Positions 43,388-50,214 of a DNA stretch of 50,214 nucleotides are shown piece after piece (within the stretch, counting starts at the first letter, position 1; every line of letters starts with the position of its first letter). The position numbers and the translations under genes were made by a program. The stretch covers positions 1-50,214 of IMG/VR virus record IMGVR_UViG_3300019458_000045. The stretch is one strand, 5' to 3'. The notes beneath the pieces are model-generated. The model saw only the letters and a program-made list of their open reading frames with translations. It did not search any database and was not told where the DNA came from. The DNA is from a virus. Its lineage: Duplodnaviria > Caudoviricetes.

Positions 43388-45105
43388 TGGCCGTCGTTCC
43401 CCGCGAAATCCTGATCGTGTACGGCTCCGTGGCCGTGGGTTCCGTCGCCGCCGCCTCCGGCGGCAACACGGAATACACCATGGAGGATACCAACGGGGAC
43501 GGCACGGTTCCGTCCTGGATCGCTGCGGGGACGGAGATCAACTTTTACGCCAGCACCAACAGCGCGAACGACGGCACGTTCACGGTCGTTTCAGTGGCGG
43601 GTCTCGTGGTGACGGTGAACAACCCGGCGGGCGTCCTGGAAGCGGGATCGCCTGGATTGGCCGGATTCCCCGTCGCCGGACCCTCCAACTTCCATATGCA
43701 CGACCGTCACCGCAAGGGCGCGGACTACCGCACCCGAACCTACGACTTCGACGTGGTGATTTCCAGCACGGGCGCTGACCCTGAAAACGATTTCAACGTC
43801 CGCACCCTGTCCATCGAGCGGGCCTTCCGGTCCATCCGCCAGCGGTTCCGGTACGTGTTCGACGGCTCCGTTCGGGACGACCTGAACCCGGCCGCCGCAT
43901 CCGGCGGCAACACCGGCTTCAACCAGACTTCCCGGATCGAGAAGGTCGGGGACGACTTCGACACGGGCCGGTCCAGGAAATACCACGTCACCATCGAGGC
44001 CCAGCTTCCGGCGGACCACCCCGGGGTGTCCGGCAGGCAGGACTCCACGGTGGATCTCAGGTTCGAGGCGTCCCGTCGCCGGGTCGTTACCCTGAGCGGC
44101 CGGTATACCGCCCTTGGGGCCAACAACTCCCGGGCCCAGTACAACACGGCCATAGGCACGTACGTAACCGCCGTCCTGAACGGCCTCGGCGGCACCTACG
44201 AACTGGTGTCGGAAATGGCCGTGGCGGACGACCAGGACAAGAACCTGGACTTCCAGCGAACCTACGAGGAGATCATATACTCGCAGAGTTCCAGCACCTT
44301 CGATCATGCCTCCATCGTCCAGGGACGGTATACTTACAGCCGCCAGCAACTCGCCCCAGGGGATTCTGACTCCACCGCACGCCGCCTGGAAGTCTTGACG
44401 GTGGACTTCGACGCCTCCGTGGACAAGGACGTGACGGTTGACCTCGAGTCCTTGTGGACCGGCACCGTTCGTCCCTACCTGATAAGCCAGGCCCTCAGCC
44501 AGTTCCGCGCCGGGGCCGGGGCGCTGGTGGACATCCAGCCGAACCTGGACAGGTCCACGAACAGGATCTCGGCCAGGCTGACCCTTCACGTTGCCGCCGA
44601 GGGCGGCGGCGGCCTCGTCCAGGCCACCCAGGAAGTCCGGGTGGAGAACAACACCGGCAAGATCCTGGTGCCGGTATGGGACGGCAACGTCCTTGCCAAA
44701 CACGTCTACGACGGCCCGGCCCGGGCGATACGGACCAAGCGTTCGACAAAGCTGTATCTCGGCTCCGTTGGGCTGGGATCGAACCCCGGCCCGAACTCCC
44801 CAAACGTCGGCCTGCCCGGGGCGTTTACCGGCGGCATCGGCGTGGGGGCCCAGGTGCAGTTCGTATTCGCCAACGGCTTTACCACGCAGATATTCGGCTC
44901 CAACTCGGGGGCCGCGCAAACGGCCCTCGTAAACGCGGCCATCAACGACATTGTTTCAGGACAGCCTACCGGCCTTACCGGGTGGGTCCTCATGATGGCC
45001 GTCATTACGGTTCGTCCGATCTTCCTGGGGCTTCCCGGACACCAACTGGAGTTGTCCGAGGTGGAAGTGGAGCAGACGGAAGAGTACGTGGCGGCCCCGT
45101 CCTAG
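43387..45105 (+). CDS. tail/baseplate structural protein
   Basis: 572 aa, TAATG coupling, tail block. Confidence 0.55.
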   Translation: MAVVPREILIVYGSVAVGSVAAASGGNTEYTMEDTNGDGTVPSWIAAGTEINFYASTNSANDGTFTVVSVAGLVVTVNNPAGVLEAGSPGLAGFPVAGPSNFHMHDRHRKGADYRTRTYDFDVVISSTGADPENDFNVRTLSIERAFRSIRQRFRYVFDGSVRDDLNPAAASGGNTGFNQTSRIEKVGDDFDTGRSRKYHVTIEAQLPADHPGVSGRQDSTVDLRFEASRRRVVTLSGRYTALGANNSRAQYNTAIGTYVTAVLNGLGGTYELVSEMAVADDQDKNLDFQRTYEEIIYSQSSSTFDHASIVQGRYTYSRQQLAPGDSDSTARRLEVLTVDFDASVDKDVTVDLESLWTGTVRPYLISQALSQFRAGAGALVDIQPNLDRSTNRISARLTLHVAAEGGGGLVQATQEVRVENNTGKILVPVWDGNVLAKHVYDGPARAIRTKRSTKLYLGSVGLGSNPGPNSPNVGLPGAFTGGIGVGAQVQFVFANGFTTQIFGSNSGAAQTALVNAAINDIVSGQPTGLTGWVLMMAVITVRPIFLGLPGHQLELSEVEVEQTEEYVAAPS

Positions 45106-45124
45106 CGTTTGTCCGCGATACGCC

Positions 45125-47221
45125 ATGCGTTGCATTTTGGGCGGCGTTTCCTGCGATGCGGTCGGGCCGAACGGGTGGATCTTCACCACGGGCCCTCATC
45201 CCAACGTCCAGTCGTTTGAAATGGACAAGGACAAGGCCCATCGTCTCCTGGGCGGAAATCCAGTCGTGGAACTGGTCATCGAGGACGGGGGCCAGGCCAA
45301 GACCATTAAGAACCTGTACCTGATCGGGGAGGGACCCTCCTCCGCGCCCATGTTCGCCACCGTTCAGGCGGCGGACTTGCGCTGGCGGTGGCCCCGGACC
45401 CACGTCAAGGGGGCGTACAACATTCGCCGTCGAACGGGGGACAAGACCCTCCTCGTGGAGGCGAACAGCCTGGTGCAGTTGGCCCAGGTGGTGGACGACT
45501 TCCAGTTCGCCGCCTGGTCCCTGAACAGGGGCAAGAAGTGGCGGCCCCGGGAGATCATCCGGGACGTTTTCGAGAAACTTCAATCCGGCGGCCCGTTCCC
45601 CTTCACCATCGAGGACGACATCACCGACGAACTGGAAGTGAACGAGGTGGACGTCGATCTTCCTGGCCCGGAAGCCGTCGCCATGGTCTTGAACCACCTG
45701 CCGGGCGCATCCCTTTGGGTGGACGCCGAGGGCAAGGTCATCGTTCAATCCGCCATCGGCCTGGCGGAGGCGGATGTCATCCGGGCGGCCGGTCCCGAGA
45801 TCGTCGGCGGCGGCCACGTATCCCAGGTCAGCTACCGTCTGACGCGGCCCGAAAAGATCGTCGTCTACTTCACCCGGGAACAGGAGATCCGGTTCGACTC
45901 CGTATTGGAGGGTGCGGCTCCGGCGTCCATCGACGACCGCTTCTGTCAGAACGTTGTCCTCGTAACCGACCCCCAGGTGCTTTTGACCGGCGTGGACGGG
46001 ATCGTTTCCCAGGGAAGCTGGGCCACCTTCGATTCCATATTCGATTGGTGGAACTTCACGAAAGAGATTCCCAAGGCCCATGACGTGGATCACGACTTCA
46101 TACAGGCGGCGTTCTTCGAGGACGCCCTGTACAACGTTCATGTGCCGTGGGGAAGCGACGAACCCCAGCCGGTTTGGATGGGTCGCATCGGGGCCATCAA
46201 GCGCGATTACCGGCAGACCTACAGGATCAACCGCTCGTGGATGGATCGTCTCCACAGGATTCTTCCGATCCGAGCGGCCATCCTTGATCAGGCCACGGGC
46301 CAGCGCGGCCGGGCCCAGGCGTATACGGATCATTGTGTGCGGTTGGCCACCCGGAATACGGAGAAGTCCACCACCAAGCAGCTTCTCTTCAAGAACGTGT
46401 CCGGGTATAGCGCGGAGTTGTCCAACGCCGAGGTATCCCCGGCCATTGTGCAGGTCCTTGACGATCAGGCGGGCATCTTCAGGCTGGACTACCACGTAGA
46501 TCCTTACGGACTGTCCAAGGAGATATACCCGTCTCAAATGATAAACGTGCCCACCGCGAACGTGGGGGACAAGCGTCCTCGGGGGCTGTCCATCCGCGTC
46601 GGTATGTTTGGCGCGTTTCCCAAGTTGGCCCCGGATCATCGCATGGCCGTCGTGTTGACCTGCATCCCGGCGGCTCCCAACTCCAAGGCCCAATTCTACC
46701 CGGTGACGGTTACGCCGGAGGACGTGAAGGGGCTGGTTCCCGGCTTGGTCATCAACCCGTCCCTTGGTCCCCAGTGGGAGATCCGGGTGGACCCTGGGGT
46801 CGTCACGGCCAGGATCGCCTGGGCGGACGGCCATGCGGCGAGCGCCATCGAGCGTTCGCTTGGTGTCGGCGGGCAGAACCTCAACCCGATAGAGGCGGAA
46901 CAGCAGGCCCAGCAGGACGCCAAGCTGCTGGACTCCCTGGTCGTCAACCGGGCTCACTTGGTCGCCGTGGCCCAGGCGTTGGCGGCCCAGCTTTGGTCCC
47001 TCATGACGGATCGCTCCATCGGCAGCAAAACCGTCCGAAACCTTGACGTCCGCATCCGGGGGTCCATCGAATCCGTCAGTCACACCATCGAGGTGGACGG
47101 GCGGGTGTTGACGACCATTGCCCTGCCTGAGAAACTCCGGGAGCGCAACATCTTCGCCCTGCTGCCGGAGGGGGTTCGCCGGGTGCTGTTGCGCGAGGTT
47201 CCCATCGGGAACGCATCCTAA
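45125..47221 (+). CDS. baseplate hub-like tail protein
   Basis: 698 aa; 'ADLRWRW', 'LWVDAEGKVIV', 'IRGSIESVSHTI' give a hub-like layout. Confidence 0.55.
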   Translation: MRCILGGVSCDAVGPNGWIFTTGPHPNVQSFEMDKDKAHRLLGGNPVVELVIEDGGQAKTIKNLYLIGEGPSSAPMFATVQAADLRWRWPRTHVKGAYNIRRRTGDKTLLVEANSLVQLAQVVDDFQFAAWSLNRGKKWRPREIIRDVFEKLQSGGPFPFTIEDDITDELEVNEVDVDLPGPEAVAMVLNHLPGASLWVDAEGKVIVQSAIGLAEADVIRAAGPEIVGGGHVSQVSYRLTRPEKIVVYFTREQEIRFDSVLEGAAPASIDDRFCQNVVLVTDPQVLLTGVDGIVSQGSWATFDSIFDWWNFTKEIPKAHDVDHDFIQAAFFEDALYNVHVPWGSDEPQPVWMGRIGAIKRDYRQTYRINRSWMDRLHRILPIRAAILDQATGQRGRAQAYTDHCVRLATRNTEKSTTKQLLFKNVSGYSAELSNAEVSPAIVQVLDDQAGIFRLDYHVDPYGLSKEIYPSQMINVPTANVGDKRPRGLSIRVGMFGAFPKLAPDHRMAVVLTCIPAAPNSKAQFYPVTVTPEDVKGLVPGLVINPSLGPQWEIRVDPGVVTARIAWADGHAASAIERSLGVGGQNLNPIEAEQQAQQDAKLLDSLVVNRAHLVAVAQALAAQLWSLMTDRSIGSKTVRNLDVRIRGSIESVSHTIEVDGRVLTTIALPEKLRERNIFALLPEGVRRVLLREVPIGNAS

Positions 47222-50214
47222 TGGCCTTCATCAGCGACATATCCAAGCGCGGCATCCGGCCCGCGCAGCACCACGACAATTCCTGGGAGATCCCCGTCCG
47301 CATCGTGGAGTACAGCGCCCGGATTCTTGGCCGGGACTCCTTCGGAAACTACCAGTTGGACGAGGAATCCGTAGGGGACGAGCTGTGCCACACGCTTTGG
47401 GAGCGCGGCAACAGGGACATTTCCGGGTGGGCCGCCATCTGGCCGTCCGTGGTCCAACGCGCCACCGGCCCTCGCGGCCTGGCGTCCGGGTCCGGCCCCG
47501 TTCTTGGTCCCAGCGTAGCTTCGGGAAACATATCCGTAAGCGGTGGGCGCAAGCCTTCCTGCGACTTCCTGTCCACCAGCAATATGTTCGTCCTGCCCAT
47601 CTATGACGGCGGGACGGTCCCAGATCTTCGTTTCGCCCCGAAGCGGCCGATGGTCCCCAAGGACCGCGCCGGGCAGCCCATTTTCACCAAGATGCCGGTC
47701 GGCACGGTCGGCCTCATCACCTCGGCCACCTACGAATACGCCCAGGAGGATCTCTTCTTCCCCATCGAGCCCCGGCTGTTCGCGGTGAACATGGCCGGGG
47801 ACGCTGACATGGGCTCCCTCGTGTGCGACTTGAACGAGGAGTTTGAGGTAGACAAGGACCGCCGCGCCCGGTTGCAGTCGATGTTGTGGGTCCTCAAGAA
47901 GCCGGTCGGCGGCGAGAACGCCCTGGCGTGGAACATCGGATTCTCCGGCTGCCAGGACACCTCCGGCGGATTCGTCATCGACGACGTGGGCGGCAACAAG
48001 GTCATCGCCAGGGTGTCCGTCAACCAGGGCGGGTTCCTGGACGTAGGCACGGGGGGCTGCAAGCATAAACTGGGCAAGGACGAGGACGATCACAACGTCA
48101 TGTCCGCCCATATCTCCACGAAAGCCCTGTTCCGCAGGAACGACGTTGAGGATGGCCCGCTTCACTTCGAGGGGTTGTACGTGGAGCCCCCGAAAGCTCC
48201 TGAGTCCACGAGAGTACACCTGGAGTGGGCGGGCGGCGTCTGGAAGTGGCGGGCCGAGAGTCCCATCCGCCTTACCCCCTACACCTTCGACCCTAAACGC
48301 ACAGGCCCGACCAAGCCGTCCCCCGCCAACCCAGTTAGGCCGATGCCCGGGGACGCGCCGACTACGGCCCCGGGAGATAGACCCACGGCGGCAGATGGTA
48401 GCCCCGGGACGCCCCCGCAAATCGTTGACGTGGGGGATCCCAGCCCCCTCGGTCCCGGTGAGACCTTCATCCCGGAAGAGGACGAGCCCGGCCTTGAGCC
48501 GGACGATCCGTTTGACGAGGCTGGGAACCGGATCAGGGAGCGGCGTCGGCGGTTGCGCCGTACCGGCGTCCTGCCTGCTTCTTCCGAGTCCACCCCCACC
48601 GTACGGCCTACCGGCATCGGGGACGCGGCGGGCAACACCCTGGCCTCCATGTCCATGGCCCTTGGAGTGTCGGGCCTGCTGGCCATCCCGCAGAACTACG
48701 CTACCGGCATGGCGGACCTGCGGTACGACAACTCCCCTTCGGCCGCCGACGTGGCCAAGGTCGTCAACACCACCCCGGTATCCGGGGGGCTGTCGTCCTA
48801 CGGTGCCCAGGGCGGCGTGACGGCAACCGGCGGGTACGGAGACGAGGAAGTCGGCGGCGAGCATGATCCCTGGGGGTATACCCAGCGGCCGGGGGCTTCC
48901 CGATTCCGTGGCGGCACCGCACCCGGGGGCTGGGTGTTCCATCCGCCGGAGACCGGGCCGCAAGACCTTGACGACTACGGTATGGTCCCCCCGTCCATCG
49001 CCCGGTCGGCCGCCTACTTCGTGGCGGGTCCCGGGGCCTTCTTCGGGGCGGGCACGCCCGAGCTGGCCAACGGTGCCCTGCGGGACGGCTTCGTGTGGGG
49101 TGCGGATGAGTCCACTTTCGACTTGATCTTCAGTTCACACTCGGCGTCCGCCGCTGCGGTTACGGCCGTCCGGTTCGGCCGCACCAGCGGCAATATCTCG
49201 TGGAGAAGCGGCACATCATTTTGGGGGGAACTGGACCACGCCAACACGGTGGACCGCATCTACACCTTCCCCGACGCGAGCGGCACCATCCCGCTGGGAA
49301 CGGGCACGGCCAACCAGGTAGCCTACTGGAGCGGGACGAACGCGCTTGCCGGGGACGGCGGGCTGACCTACGACGCGCCCACGGATGTCCTGACCGTGAC
49401 GGGCGGGATCATCCTCTCGGCCCTCACCGCGTCACGCCTCATGGCTTCGGATGGAAGCAAGGCCCTGGTAAGCGTGGCGAACCTACAGTCCTGGATCGCC
49501 GGAACGTCGAACCAGATCATCACGGCGGACGACGGGGATGGCTCTATCACGCTCTCGCTGCCCCAGAACATCCATACCGGGGCAAGCCCGACGTTCTCAG
49601 GGCTCACCCTGACCGGGCTCACGGACGGAAGGGTGGTCTACACGGGGACGGGCGGGTTGCTGTCGGTTGCCAACGCCCTTCAATTCAACGCTGCGGGCGC
49701 TACTCTTCGGGTTGGAACGACCGGGCTGGAGGGGATCTTCCGCGTCTACGCGGACGACAACGCCAAGTACACACAGTACGGACTCGACGGCATCCAGCAG
49801 AACGCGAGCAGGCCCTTCCTGTTCGGGAGCAACGTTGCGGGCGTCGAGCTTGCCGCCGCGACGAACATGCTCACGTTCGCCGCGCTCGCCGTCAACCCCG
49901 GCACGGTCACGATGGCGGCCCTCACGGCGGTCCGCACCTGGACATTCCCGGACAGGAGCGGTACGGTCCTTCTGGATACCACGCCGTTGCCGCCAGGGCC
50001 TCAAGGAGAGCCGGGACAGGACGGTCAGGATGGTGCCCCTGGTCCGGCGGGTGCCGGGGGAGTGCCTGGATCTGCGGGGGCAACCGGGGCCCAAGGCCCC
50101 GTGGGGCCCGCCGTGTTTCTGGAGGCGGACCCCGGAGAGGAAGGACAGCCCGGACCCCGGGGCGTTGGAGGGCCGCAAGGAGCACAAGGTCCCCAAGGCG
50201 CGACCGGGGCCCAA
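47221..50214 (+). CDS. large tail spike/fibre protein with C-terminal collagen-like repeats (998 codons, runs off the window)
   Basis: TAATG coupling at 47219-47223 and no stop to the window end. Two 'R(I/T)(Y/W)TFPD.SGT' fibre motifs and Gly-X-Y repeats from about 49996. Absent from the ORF track. Confidence 0.8.
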   Translation, partial: MAFISDISKRGIRPAQHHDNSWEIPVRIVEYSARILGRDSFGNYQLDEESVGDELCHTLWERGNRDISGWAAIWPSVVQRATGPRGLASGSGPVLGPSVASGNISVSGGRKPSCDFLSTSNMFVLPIYDGGTVPDLRFAPKRPMVPKDRAGQPIFTKMPVGTVGLITSATYEYAQEDLFFPIEPRLFAVNMAGDADMGSLVCDLNEEFEVDKDRRARLQSMLWVLKKPVGGENALAWNIGFSGCQDTSGGFVIDDVGGNKVIARVSVNQGGFLDVGTGGCKHKLGKDEDDHNVMSAHISTKALFRRNDVEDGPLHFEGLYVEPPKAPESTRVHLEWAGGVWKWRAESPIRLTPYTFDPKRTGPTKPSPANPVRPMPGDAPTTAPGDRPTAADGSPGTPPQIVDVGDPSPLGPGETFIPEEDEPGLEPDDPFDEAGNRIRERRRRLRRTGVLPASSESTPTVRPTGIGDAAGNTLASMSMALGVSGLLAIPQNYATGMADLRYDNSPSAADVAKVVNTTPVSGGLSSYGAQGGVTATGGYGDEEVGGEHDPWGYTQRPGASRFRGGTAPGGWVFHPPETGPQDLDDYGMVPPSIARSAAYFVAGPGAFFGAGTPELANGALRDGFVWGADESTFDLIFSSHSASAAAVTAVRFGRTSGNISWRSGTSFWGELDHANTVDRIYTFPDASGTIPLGTGTANQVAYWSGTNALAGDGGLTYDAPTDVLTVTGGIILSALTASRLMASDGSKALVSVANLQSWIAGTSNQIITADDGDGSITLSLPQNIHTGASPTFSGLTLTGLTDGRVVYTGTGGLLSVANALQFNAAGATLRVGTTGLEGIFRVYADDNAKYTQYGLDGIQQNASRPFLFGSNVAGVELAAATNMLTFAALAVNPGTVTMAALTAVRTWTFPDRSGTVLLDTTPLPPGPQGEPGQDGQDGAPGPAGAGGVPGSAGATGAQGPVGPAVFLEADPGEEGQPGPRGVGGPQGAQGPQGATGAQ

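Overview
This window is an apparently near-complete, GC-rich dsDNA tailed-phage genome. It is opened inside a collagen-repeat tail gene whose frame runs off the right end and resumes at base 1. Layout: tail-tip and accessory genes (1-4.5 kb); a replication and nucleotide block (Cas4-like nuclease, resolvase, UDG4-PolA fusion, SSB, GroES, DnaB-like helicase, DUF5664, deoxyribosyltransferase-like protein, primase; 4.6-15.9 kb); a leftward early operon (sigma factor, pentapeptide protein, HNH, SAM-lyase-like and HEXXH proteins; 15.9-21.3 kb); a repeat- and hairpin-rich noncoding region (21.7-23.1 kb); small Cys-rich genes, an RNA ligase and a Mom-like gene (23-26.7 kb); then terminases, a Mu-like head module and tail genes (26.7-50.2 kb). 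I recognised no integrase, transposase, tRNA, CRISPR array, reverse transcriptase or endolysin. The main finding is three genes that the ORF track splits or misses (6568-6918, 7772-8119, minus 15862-16164). Each has an in-frame TGA in a (U)-P-[IV] motif followed 19-21 nt later by the same GC-YGGAY-GC hairpin. One of these TGAs aligns with Cys in a fourth paralog (23084-23365). This is the signature of phage-encoded selenoproteins with bacterial SECIS elements. Both members of one of the two families also carry an in-frame TAG. All product calls come from motif recognition by eye, not database searches.
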